From contig JAWMAR010000569.1 in NCBI GenBank assembly GCA_036785375.1, positions 434,001 through 498,000 on the forward strand: a stretch of 64,000 nucleotides of DNA, written 5' to 3'. Every line of letters starts with the position of its first letter. Position 1 is the first letter of the stretch. Shown one piece after another: positions 1 to 11,332 of this stretch. Both the position numbers and the translations under genes were made by a program. The notes beneath the pieces are model-generated. The model was given only the letters and a program-made list of their open reading frames with translations. It searched no databases and was not told the DNA's origin. The DNA is from Leucoraja ocellata. Its lineage: Eukaryota.

Positions 1-420
1 TTTGAAATGTTCAAACATTTTCGGCGACAGTGGGCGACAGTGGGCTTGATGTCAATGAGCGTAGCTTGACTTCTCCTGACGTAGGTGCTGTCGTAGGTTG
101 TCACCATGATCACGCAGTTTGTCGCCAGGTGACGCAGGTTGTCGCCGGGTGCTGACTTCGGTGAATTCCATTGGCGACTACCTACGTCAACCTTCGTCAA
201 CCGGCGACAGGTACCGGCGATTGAATTGGCTGACGTTGTCTTCAGTTGTCGCCGACAGGGTCGTAGCTTGTCGCGGGTGGACGTAGGTTGTCGTAGGTGT
301 GGTCGTAGATGGACTTCCTAAAGGGTCGCCGGTTGTCGGTGGCTTGCGGTAGCTTGATGTCGACTAGGTGGTAGGTTGTTGTAACGTGTTGGAGACATTG
401 TCTTAGGGGGGTCCAGTCGG
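1..420. mobile_element. Internal part of a PIF/Harbinger-like non-autonomous DNA transposon (GTCG/CGAC-rich family)
   Basis: Homologous to 13311-13800 and 49190-49445, which carry or adjoin the GGGCCTGTCCCACT terminal repeat; truncated by the window edge. Confidence 0.6.
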
Positions 421-614
421 CAGTTTTTCTTTGAATAACATTTTGCAAGGAATTCTAGAGGCAGTTGAGGAGCAAGTAAAAACAAGAAAGTGAATGAATC
501 CATGTTTGGTTAGTTTGACACCAAATCAGACTAATTTCCATTAAAATAATTGTAAATTTGTACAAAAGCCAAACAAAATAATGATTTTTGCACATTCACA
601 TCCTGAGCAGTATA

Positions 615-703
615 AGAAGGGTTTCGGCCCGAAACGTCGCCTATTTCCTTCGCTCCATAGATGCTGCTGCACCCGCTGAGTTTCTCCAGCATTTTTGTGT
701 ACC
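615..703 (+). mobile_element. Short Penelope-derived insertion (AGAAGGGTTTCGGCCCGAAACGTC...CTCCAGC)
   Basis: Matches the 3' end of the Penelope copy at 33540-33635; absent from the paralogous site GAGCAGTATATTAAACAGG near 55405. Confidence 0.7.
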
Positions 704-1019
704 TATTAAACAGGACAAGCCCACTTTCCATTTTGGACGAGTTTATGGCTGAGTTTATAAATGAGAAAATCAAAACAGCAAAATCTTTACTGTCACAATA
801 AATTGCTAACTTTCCTCAATTCTGAAGAAAATGAATCAACTTGAGCTAAGAACTGTATTTTTCTCTCTATCAATGCATATTTTGAACCAGGGACAGAGAC
901 TAACTATGTAATGAACACAGGATGCAGCAGAATAAGGTAAAGTCAAATAAAGTAAAGGAAGTTACATTTTTATTTTGAAGGGGATGTAATATAAATATAG
1001 TTTAGTTTTAGTTAAGTTT

Positions 1020-1303
1020 AGAGATGCAGCGTAGAAACAGGCCCTTCGGCCCACTACGCCAACCATCGATCACCAATACACTAGTTCTATCCTACACACT
1101 AAGGACAATTTACAGAAACTAATTAAGCTACAAAACTTGCACGTCTTTGGAGTGTGGAAGGGAACTGAAGCACCCAGAGAAACCAACACAGAAATCAGGG
1201 AGAATGTACAAACTCCATACGGACAGCACCAGTTATCAGGATTGAACCTGGGTCTCGGGTGTTGTCAGGCAGTAACTCTACCGCTGTGCCACTGTGCCAC
1301 CCA
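1020..1303 (-). mobile_element. tRNA-derived SINE, HE1-like (elasmobranch)
   Basis: Minus strand reads GGGTGGCACAGTGGCACAGCGGTAGAG (A box) and CCAGGTTCAATCC (B box), with a CR1-type tail GGGCCGAAGGGCCTGTTTC. Confidence 0.65.
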
Positions 1304-1344
1304 AAACTATTAATAAATCCTGCTGTGTGCAACAACAAACCTGG

Positions 1345-2520
1345 AACATTGCTTATATCTTTGGCCCCTTTTCTTTTTGTTTTATTCTATCCCTAACTTC
1401 TCTTGTCAGCCACGGTTGCCTCCTACTCCCCTTAGAATCTTTCTTCCTTTTTGGAATGAAATGCTCCTGCATCTTCCGGATTATGCCCAGAAATTCCTGC
1501 CATTGCTGTTCCACCATCATTCCTTCTAGGATCCCTTTCCAGTCTACTTTGGCCAGCTTCCCTCTCATGCCTTCATAGTCTCCTTTGTTCAACTGCATCA
1601 CTGCCACTTCCGATTTAACATTCTCCTTCTCAAATTTCAGATTAAAACTAATCATATTATGATCACTACCTCCAAGCGGTTCCTTTTCCTTGAGTTCTCT
1701 TATCATATCTGGTTCATTGGACAACACTAAATCCCGAATTGCCTTTTCTCTGGTCGGCTGCATTAAAAGCTGCTCGAAGAATCCATCTCGGAGGCATTCG
1801 ACAAACTCTCTTTCTTGGGGTCCTGAACCAACCTGATTTTCCCAGTGTACCTGCATATTGAAATCCCCCATCACAACAGTGGCATTACCTTTGTTACATG
1901 CCAGTTTTAACTCCTGCTGCAACTTACACCCTACATCCGGGCTACTATTTGGGGGTCTGAAATAACACCAATTAGTGTCTTCTTGCCTTTACAATTCCTC
2001 AACTCAATCTACAGTGACCCTACCTCATCAGTCCCTATGTCTTCCCTCGCAAGAGACTGAATTCCCTCCCTCACCAGCAGAGCTACCCCCCCTTCTCTGA
2101 CCACCTGCCTGTCCTTTCTATAGGATGTATAACCCTGAATATTAAGTTCCCAGGCTGATTCTCCTGCAACCACATCTCAGTAATCCCCATAATGGGGATT
2201 ACTGAGACATCGAAGGGCTGAATGGCCTACTCCTGCACCCAATTTCTATGTTTCTATGTTTCTATAATGTCATATCTACCAATTTCTAACTGAGCCTCGA
2301 GCTCATCTACTTTACTTCTTATACTTTGCACATTCATATACAATACTTTTAATTCCTTACACATCTCACCTTTCACATCGATCCCTATTACACTTGGCCA
2401 TACTCTCCTATCCCTTTGTGAGCTTCCTTTCCTGTTAATATTGAGGTCATTAACCATCCCTTTACTCGCTTTCCCTTTAACTCCATCCTCGACTATCCCA
2501 TTTGACACCCCATCCCCTTA
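1345..2520 (-). mobile_element. CR1 LINE fragment (ORF2 endonuclease region)
   Basis: ORFs contain VMGDFN, DLVLSN and GSDHNMI APE motifs plus LYMNVQSIRSK. Confidence 0.85.
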
Positions 2521-3859
2521 TTCAGTTTAAAACCACCGGTGTAGCAGTGGCAAACCTACCTGTCTTGACCCGAAACGTTGCCCATTCCTTCTCTCCAGAG
2601 ATGCTGCCTGTCCCGCTGAGTTACTCCAGCATTTTGTGTCTACCCTATTACTAATCTCTCTACTTCCTGTACTCCATCTCCCCATTGTTTGAGTTTCGAT
2701 CCACTATGGTGGTATCATCGACAAACATGTAAATGGAGTTAGAGCAGAATTTAGGAAGCAAAAGTATGTAACCTCATGATGAGAGTATTTGAGTCCAGGC
2801 ATAAGGATGTCTTTCTGCAATTATAAAGATCCTTAGGAAGACTACACGTGGGGCATTATGTTCAGTTTTGTTCTCTGTAACCAAAAGACATGTTCTTGTA
2901 TAAAGGGAGTGCAAAAATAAAATCAGCAGACTGCTTCCAGGAATGGTAAGTTTTCATTGGGATGAGATATTGAATAGACTGGACCTGTTTTTCTCTCTAG
3001 ATTAGAATGAGAGGATGCAGGGAGGATGTTTTCCCTTTCAGGAATTTGAACCAGAACAACATTAGATAATTTAGGACTCAGATGAGGAGTAATATTCAGA
3101 TATTCAGGGAAGGATTTATGAATAGTCAGAGAAAATGAGATGGAGTTCGAAGATAGGCTATGATCTTGATGATTAGCAGAGCAAGCTGGAGGGGACAAAT
3201 GATCCACTCCTAAAATATTTCCTTTGATCCTCAAGCAGAGAAATGTACAGTGTTGCAGTTTGGTGGGCATGACAATGTGGAATGAAGCATCCTGTCCCAA
3301 AAGAGGTGCATGAGCAGAGGTACTTGGGGTATGATCTGACATATGAGGTGCTCTGGTAGAGACCCGCTTTATAACCCCCACCCTGTGCTACATTCTATAC
3401 GTGTCCTTCTATAGTCTCGTTGAAACATAACGCGGGAGGAAACTGATGTGGGCACAGGTCAGTGAAGATGGTTGAAAGTGGAAAATAAATGGACCCATTG
3501 GTCTTGGCGTCAAAAAGGAGGTGAAAAAGAATTAAGGCGTTTGGCAAATAATTAATAGTGACATGAGAGAAACGAAACACATTCCGTGTTTGCATTCCAA
3601 GAAAGCTGGAAACATTAATGGAAGGATTTGCAGGACCGTGGGGAGAGGAGCAAGTGGGATCCAAATGGATGGCCCTTAGTTTGTGCTGGCACGAATCCGA
3701 TGGGCCGAGTGGCTCTCGTTCGTGCGTAAAATGCATTTAACAAAAAAATGTGATTCTGCGCTTCCATAAGTGTCTAGTTATGATTTGCAAGATATGGAAT
3801 TGGCAAACCTGGGAAAAATGTTTTTTATATGTGTTTATTTAAACTGTGATGCCTTTTGT

Positions 3860-4031
3860 GGTAAATTCCCTTCAGCAGAGAAAGACCAGGAGCCAGTGAA
3901 CGGTGCGTGGTGGGGATTGTTCGCCTGAAGCCAAGGGAAGTTCCCTGCTCTTCCAGACAGGGTTATAAAGCGGGGCGGCGGAGCCCAGGCTCACAGCTCC
4001 AGAGCCTGACGCCCCTTGCAGAAGTGAAGTC
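3860..4031 (+). promoter_or_regulatory. Promoter of vcam1-like copy 1: NF-kB-like sites, TATA box, IRF-like motif
   Basis: GGTAAATTCCC 3860-3870, GGGGATTGTTC 3912-3922, GGGAAGTTCCC 3935-3945, TATAAA 3964-3969, GAAGTGAAGT 4021-4030; ATG at 4070; conserved in copy 2. Confidence 0.7.
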
Positions 4032-4069
4032 AACCTCGGCTTGTGTGTGTGTCCGAGTGCCGCTGAACC

Positions 4070-4130
4070 ATGGCTGGAGACAGATGCGACCCAGCCGCTA
4101 CAATTACTCTTGCATTGATGCTCGCCACAG
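4070..4130 (+). CDS. vcam1: vcam1-like copy 1 exon 1 (signal peptide [20 protein letters not shown])
   Basis: Kozak context ACCATGG, hydrophobic leader, phase-1 GT donor at 4131. Confidence 0.8.
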
Positions 4131-4320
4131 GTTTCTCATTTATTTTACACCGCTATTAACCTGCATTTTCTTACGATTCGTCTTGTGTTAAATATCAGGC
4201 ACCAAAGTATCAATTTTGGTATCTGTTTGTTTAAAGAAACAAATAGGTGAATATTTAAAGCGTTAAACTTGTAAGCTTTTAAAAAAATAATATTGTTTTT
4301 GTGTTGTTTCAAAACTGCAG

Positions 4321-4596
4321 GATCCGCCTTCAATTTGGAGTTAAACCCGTCTAGTAACGTGTGGGCTCGTATCGGGGACTCGCTGGAGTTGAACTGTGAG
4401 GCGAAGAGCTGCTCGTCTCCGACCTTCACGTGGGGAATCGGGACCGATAACCCCCTGGGCGGAACAATCACAACTCGGGGCTCGGTGTCCACATTCACCA
4501 TCTCCGCGGTTACCCCGCAGAACCAACACAAGTACACTTGTTCCGCAAAATGCGGCACAGAAGAAAAAAGAAAATATGCCAACCTCAATATATTCT
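4321..4596 (+). CDS. vcam1: vcam1-like copy 1 exon 2, Ig domain D1
   Basis: AG/GT phase-1 exon encoding FNLELNP..IGDSLELNC...C.SP.F.W...TDNPLGG...YTCSAKC; four-cysteine D1 that aligns by eye with VCAM-1 D1 (QIGDSVSLTC...WRTQIDSPLNG). Confidence 0.88.
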
Positions 4597-4747
4597 GTGA
4601 GTATTAACCCATCTCCCGACTGTAAACTTGTTGCAACTTTGTCCGGCCACATAAAAGTAAAAAAAAAATACTGGAAACTCTCAACTATTCGTGCAGCCTC
4701 CACGAAGAGAGAAACAGAATCTCGACCCGAAACCTCACCCGTTCCTC

Positions 4748-5825
4748 CATGGCCGGCCTTAGGAGGTGCGGGGCCCAATTGGGGACACTTTTGGTTAGTC
4801 CCAGGATCCCAGCCAAGGTCTGTAGAATCATAGAAATACAAATAAAGTCTATTATAGACTTTATATCTCTATGGTAGAATGGAAAGTAGTCAAAATGTGC
4901 GCTTAAAATGTGCCTACGAGTTAATGGACCAAACAGATCTAAGCTACATTTTAATATAAAATTGCATACATGTAAGCCTACAAGTAACAAACAAAATGCG
5001 CAGATTACCTCTGAAAAGTACATCGTTACAATACCACTTGTTTTAGTGGCAGTGAAATGAAGAAAAAAAGTAATTTAATTAAATAGATCCTGGAAAACCA
5101 ATAACCATTCGTGAAAAACCAGTCCAGGCATTAAATTGTGGGCTTCAGCCCCATCCTACCCTTTGGGCTTCTACCCCATCCTAACTTAGTTGTGTGTGTG
5201 TGTGTGTGTGTGTTAGTTGTCTGTGCGTTATGTGTGTGTGTGGGAGGGAAGGACAGAAGGCAGGGAGGGAAGTAGACAATGGAGGGGAGGAGAGAAAGAA
5301 GGGATGGAGCGAAGGAGAGAAAGGAAAGGAGGGAAGGAAGGAGAGAAGGGAGGAAGCGAAGAAAGGAAGGGAGGGAAGGAGAGAAGGGAGGGAGGCGGCA
5401 TGAGCGGATGCTGGGGTCTGGGCGGATGGGTGTGAGCTGAGGCCCAGGTTTGTAAACATTGCTCCAACCCCCGGCCCGGCCCTGTATTGTTCACCACGTG
5501 TCCCCGGGGAGAGAGAGGGGTGGAGGCGGGGATGTGTACATGAAGCACGGCGAGTGGAGGGGCGGGAGTGCTATCCCGGGACCGTGATGGAACGACCATC
5601 CCCTTCTCCATTCCCCCTCACACCCCCCTCCCCATCTACCCCTTTCTTCCCCCTCCATCCCTCTACTCTCCCTCCACCCGGGGTAGATCTACCCGAGCCG
5701 AGAGTAGATTTCTCCAAAGATCCTAGAGCGGAGCTTTGGATGATTCCAGCGCTGCCCCCGTCGGGGCTCGGCCCAATTGGCAGCAATCGGTCTGATCGGC
5801 TTAAGGCCAGCCCAGCCCAGCCCTG
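4748..5825. mobile_element. hAT-like non-autonomous DNA transposon in copy 1 intron 2
   Basis: Termini CATGGCCGGCCTTA and TAAGGCCAGCCC..TG; 8-bp TSD CGTTCCTC/CGTTCCTT; empty site near 30400 in copy 2; contains (GT)n and purine-rich tracts. Confidence 0.75.
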
Positions 5826-6006
5826 CGTTCCTTCTTTCTCAGAGATACTACCTGTCCTGCTGAGTTACTCCAGCTTTTTGTGTCTATCTTCGGTTTAAAC
5901 CAGCATCTGCTGTTCCACTGAAAGGTCATTGTTCTGGGGGGATTTCACTCGTTATAGCGCAGCGTCTGAAGAGAGCAGTTTTCCTTCTGTTTTCTCTGTG
6001 TTGCAG

Positions 6007-6309
6007 CTCTGTCTGACACACTCATCGTGGAGACTGTGGGCAGCCTGGAAGTTGGCCAGAGAGGCTCCGTGAGATGTACGGTCCCCAAAGTCTACCCCGC
6101 TCACGTGGAGGTGGAGTGGCTGAAAGGAACAACATTGCTGAAGACCGACAGCTTCCGTGACTACACAGAGGAAGAAACGGCGATGAACTTCACCTACGAA
6201 CTGACGGCTGAATTGCGAGACTCGGGACAAGAGCTGACATGCCGAGTGCAATTACTCACGGGGAACCAACCACGCAAGGCCAAGGGGTCGCTAATGTTAC
6301 AGGTTCACT
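6007..6309 (+). CDS. vcam1: vcam1-like copy 1 exon 3, Ig domain D2
   Basis: Phase-1 exon encoding GSLEVG..V.C.V..VYP...LKG..L...D.G..L.CR, like VCAM-1 D2. Confidence 0.88.
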
Positions 6310-6427
6310 GTAAGTATGGAGACAGAGATATAACATTGAGAACGGAATCACAGTCATAGACGTAGTCTGGACAATGGTTTAAGTCGCCCGCCTTTAATGT
6401 AGTGAATTATCCCATCTCCTTTTACAG

Positions 6428-6694
6428 ATGCTCCCACGGGGATTGACATTACTGCAGAGCCCTCTGCCACAGTGAGAGAGGGTCAGGATGTTCGGCTAAC
6501 CTGTGCTGCAGACAGCAGCCCCGCTGCCACGATAGTGTGGAGCAAGTTATCCGCCGGCAACTGGTCAGTCGTGGCCGAGGACCGAGCGATTCTGCACCTG
6601 TCACCGGCCCTGTTCGGGGACACGGGAATGTACCGCTGTGAAGCCGGCAATAAACTGGGGACAATCACCAAGGAGGTGGAAATCCACGTTCAAG
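6428..6694 (+). CDS. vcam1: vcam1-like copy 1 exon 4, Ig domain D3
   Basis: Phase-1 exon encoding EG..V.LTC....P...I.WSK...[11 protein letters not shown]...KEVE..VQ, like VCAM-1 D3. Confidence 0.88.
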
Positions 6695-6797
6695 GTGCGT
6701 TTGTTTCACTATTGTAATTTTACTATCACTGTTATAGGAAAGACGTGGTCAAGCTGGAAAGGGTTGAGAGGAGATTTACCAGGATGTCACCAGGGCT

Positions 6798-7905
6798 CAT
6801 TTACACCCATTGTGTAAATGATTTATCTATAATTGAAGGTTTAAATGATGGGTTATTGACTATTGGCATTAAAAGAGATAGATTTCTTAATTTTAGATTC
6901 TGTTTTATTTGTTTCCAAGTTCTAATTGTGCTATGTATCATTGGATTTTTATTATAATTTTTGTTATTCAGATTAATTGGTGAGAGGAGAGTCGCTCCTA
7001 TATTACACAGAGAGCAGTCCTCTCTCTCCATTACAATCCAGTCCACCTGCTGGGCAGAATTGTCCAGCAGGTGAATCATATTTTTAATATTTACTGCCCA
7101 ATTATAGTACATGAAGTTAGGGATCGCTAGACCACCCATCTCTTTTGGTTTACTAAGGTGTGCTCTTTGTATTCTGTGGCATTTATAATCCCATATAAAA
7201 TTTGTAATGTCTGAGTCTAGTTTTTTGAAAAACTTTTTTGGAAGATATATAGGTATTGATTGAAATAAATATAGGATTTGTGGTAAAAAGATCATTTTTA
7301 TAGCATTTATTCGACCTATTAAAGACATCAGGAGCGTTTTCCAGAATTTGATTAGATTATTTAGTTTCTTAAGTAAGGGGCTATAATTGGCGTTAAACAT
7401 AGCGTGATAGTTTCTAGTAACTTCAATTCCTAAATATTTGAATTTTTCTGTGGCTATTTTAAAGGGGAATTTCAAGAGCAGCATTGAGTCTTTCGGTTTT
7501 ATCGACATAATTTCACTTTTGTTTCAGTTTATTCTGTATCCTGAGAAAGATCCAAAGTCCTCAATTTGATTTAATATGTTTGGTATACTCATTTGGGGTT
7601 TTGTGATATACAGTAGTACATCGTCTGCGTATAAAGATATTTTGTTATTTGAATATTTTGTAGTATAACCGTAAATATCCGGGTGTGTTATGATTTTTTT
7701 CAGCTATAGGTTCAATTACCAGAGCAAATAACAGCGGTGATAATGAACATCCTTGTCTATTGCCCCTTGATAATTGGAATTTCGTAGATAGTATATTATT
7801 AGTTAATATTCTAGCCGTGGGTTTGTTATATAATAATTTTATCCATGCGATGAAGTTCTCTCCCATTTGAAATTTTTGCAATACTTTAATCATATAATCC
7901 CATTC
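6798..7905 (-). mobile_element. L1/Tx1-clade LINE reverse transcriptase fragment
   Basis: RGNRQGCSLSPLLF, YADD, FKYLG and GRINAIKM motifs; absent from copy 2 intron 4. Confidence 0.85.
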
Positions 7906-7909
7906 TACT

Positions 7910-8586
7910 TAAGTTCTAGAAGAGTTTGCCCTCAACTCAAACGTGCAGCATGGTTGACACGTTGTCCTAGGAGGTCCTATGATGTCACTGGAACTCTCCT
8001 TGAGATTCTCGAGAGAAGTTCCTGCATACTCGCAGCCTCAATTAGGTTGAGGAAAATGTTTCAGCATGTTGAAAAATTTTCCGCATGTAAAAATTGGTCG
8101 GCATGATTCTTTTGAACTCGTAGTGCAGTGGAGTGGCGTTGCTATGTAGTTACAGGCAGCCGTAGGCAATCTCCTTCGCTGACTGGGCATTTTAATTGGC
8201 TTATTGGAGTTTTCAGGACCAAAAAAACCGACGGCAATGTTAAACTTTATTATAAGTTGTCTAGCTTCTTAAAAGTCTCTCCCCCCACTTCTCTCCCCCC
8301 ACTTCTCTCCCCTTCTCTTCCCCCCCCGCGCTCTCTAAAGGACTTACCGTACACTGTGCAACCGTCTTTTACCTTCCTGTTCATCACGGGTGTGAATTTC
8401 AGACAGCGCTCCCCCGCTTTCCTGGCCCCCACCTTTGCGATGTGTTTATGTATGTGTGCGGTCAGTCGATCCAGCTCGCGGTTTTATCGTTGACGGTCGA
8501 TCCAGCTCGAGGTTTTTCAGGCGAGTGCCCTCGAGCTTGAAGGTCGAAAACAGTTGCTGAAAGGTCGCATCAGTGGGACAGACCCT
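7910..8586. mobile_element. PIF/Harbinger-like MITE remnant
   Basis: Ends in CAGTGGGACAGACCCT followed by TTA, the same terminus as the element ending at 13800. Confidence 0.55.
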
Positions 8587-8737
8587 TTATTGGACAGGTG
8601 CATGGGTAGGACAGATTTGGAGAGACATGGACTAGTGTAGCTGGGACATGATGGCAGGTTGGACTGAAGGGCCTGTTTCAACAATGTATCACTTTATGAC
8701 TATGACTCTATGTTTCTTCGCACTGTTTTGGCTAAAC

Positions 8738-10190
8738 CTGTTCCACCCTGTCTGAAGTCCGCAACCATAGTCCCCTTGCCCAAAAACCCCCACATTTCCA
8801 GCCTCAACGACTACCGGCCAGTCGCACTCACACCAGTGGTGATGAAGTGTAATGAAAAACTGGTCCGGGGTCACATCACATCACTCCTGCCCCGAAGCTT
8901 TGACCCCCACCAGTTTGCGTATAGAGCGAATAGATCTACAGAGGACGCTGTAGCCACAGCTCTCCATGCTGCACTGTCCCACCTGGAGCAGCGGGGGAGC
9001 TACGTGCGGATGCTCTTTGTGGACTACAGCTCTGCTTTTAATACCATCCTTCCCCACAAACTGGTGGACAAACTGGGGGACTTGGGACTTCCACACTCCA
9101 CCTGCATGTGGATAAATAGCTTCCTGTCGGGTCGCAGCCAGAGAGTCAGAGTGGGCCATCATACATCCACGGCCCTCAGCCTCAGTACCGGCTCTCCACA
9201 GGGCTGCGTGCTGAGCCCCCTGCTCTACACCATCTACACACATGACTGCACCCCAGCCCACCACAGCAACACCATTGTCAAATTTGCGGATGACACTACG
9301 GTGGTGGGACTCATCTCCGGGGGGGACGAGTACGCCTACCGGGATGAGGCGGAGCAGCTGACAGTGTGGTGTGGAGAAAATAACCTGCTCCTCAACACCT
9401 TAAAGACAAAGGAAATAATAATAGACTTCAGGAAGAATAAAACGGACATGGTACCATTGACTATCAGAGGGGACTGTGTGGAGAGGGTGGTGGATTTCCG
9501 CTTCCTCGGAATTCATATTGAGGAGGACCTGACGTGGAGCGTGAACACCTCTGCGCTGCTGAAAAAGGTCCAGCAGAGACTGCACTTCCTGAGGGTGCTC
9601 GGGAAGAATAACATCACTCGGAGACTGCTGCTGTCCTTTTATCGGTGCTCCATTGAGAGCATCCTAACAAACTGTGTATGCGTGGTACACCAGCGGCTCA
9701 GAGGAAAGCGCTCCAGAGGGCCATTGACAATGCCCAGAGGATTGTCAGCTGCCCTCTCCTTACCTTGGAGGACTTACACAGTTCCCGCTGCATCAGAGTA
9801 TTATAAAGGACATTTTCCACCCCGGACACTCCCTGTTTGAACTGTTGCCGTCCGGCAGACGGTACAGATCTACAAGGACAAGGACAAACAGACTTAAAAA
9901 CTGTTTTTACCCCACTACTAAATGTAGCTGCCAAGGAACGCAGGGGCGATAAATACTAAGGGACTGTGGTACACTGTGAAATCGACAGAAGGATGTAGGG
10001 TTGGGTGTTTATGCATGCTATTTTCATGATATTTATTTTAGTTTATCTTTTTTTAACATTTTACCTTGTATGTATCGTTAGCTTTTAGAAATGTTTGAAT
10101 GGTGCACTGACTGGCTGACATTTGTAAATTTCGTTGTACATGGTTCATGTTACAATGACAATAAAGAAACTATTCTATTCTATATTCTAT
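8738..10190 (+). mobile_element. Rex1/Babar-type non-LTR retrotransposon, 5'-truncated
   Basis: RT ORF 8710-9840 ([30 protein letters not shown]), (CTATT)n tail, absent from copy 2 intron 4. Confidence 0.9.
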
Positions 10191-10228
10191 TTTAGCAATT
10201 AATTAATTTCTCACGCCTCTGTTCTCAG

Positions 10229-10330
10229 GTAGCCCCAGGGACACCACTCTCTCCGATGTGAAGGAAGGAGACAGGGTCACATTCAACTGCACAACCCAGC
10301 AGATCAACAGCAACAAACTCCAGGTTCAAT
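10229..10330 (+). pseudogene. vcam1: vcam1-like copy 1 exon 5 remnant (internally deleted Ig exon)
   Basis: [24 protein letters not shown] joined directly to QINSNKLQVQ; 102 bp versus 264 bp in copy 2; donor altered. Confidence 0.8.
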
Positions 10331-11332
10331 GTTCGATATCGGATGGTGCCGCGATGGCAGCTTCGCCAACAGTCTCCCCTTTTGTCTTTTTTTTGTTATT
10401 TCTATTATTATTTAAAAATTTGTGTTAATGTTCTCTGGTTTGTTTTATGTGGGGAGTGGGGTCGGGGGAAATCACTTATCTTGCTGGAGATGCGATTGTT
10501 TTCCGGGTCGTATCTCTGGTCACTCTGCGGCCTAACATCGTGGAGCTGGAGGCGTGGACTTGCCATCGGAGCCGATCCTTTGCCTGGGATCGATGCTCCA
10601 ATCCACAGCCTGTGGACTTTAACATCAAGGGCTTGCAGCCTCGGGAGAGACCAAGTCGGGAAGCTCCAAAACCACACGATGTTAGACTAGCCCCGACCCG
10701 GGGTCCGATCGCCCGGCGCGGGGAACTGACATCTCCCGACGTAGGAGCTTGATCGCCCCAACACGTAGGGCCCGCTGCCGGCTACGGGAGTCAAGATCGT
10801 CCCGTCAACGGAAGGTCAAAGACACCCGACCGTTGGAGATCAAAGAAGGGAAGAGATCAAACTTTTTTTTACTTTCCATCACAGTGAGGAATGTGGAGGA
10901 GTCACTGTGCTGGATGTTTATGCTAAAATGTATTTTGTGTTTTTTATTGCTTTTTAGTTGTATAACTGTATGGCAAATCAAAATTCCTCGTATGTTACAA
11001 TATATACTTGGCTCATAAAGTAAGTACGAATATATGAGTATGTGTGGAAATTAATGGGAAATAAACAGGAACTGAATCATTATAAATTGCAATAATCTAT
11101 GGTTGTAACAATCATTAATAGACATCACGGGATGTATAGATCGGGTAGATGCACAGAGTCTCTTGCCCAGAGTAGGTGAATCAAGGACCAGGGAACAAAG
11201 GTTGAAGGTGAAGGGGAAAAGATTTAAGAGTAATCTGAGGGGTAACATTTTCACAGCAAGGGTGGTGGGTGTATGGAACAAGCTGCTAGAGGAGGTAGTT
11301 GAGGTTGGGAGGTAGCTGCGCTCGCGTGGGAG

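Noticed and set aside
4145-4841. Antisense and alternative-frame ORFs over exon 2
   Set aside because: They are shadow ORFs of the real Ig exon
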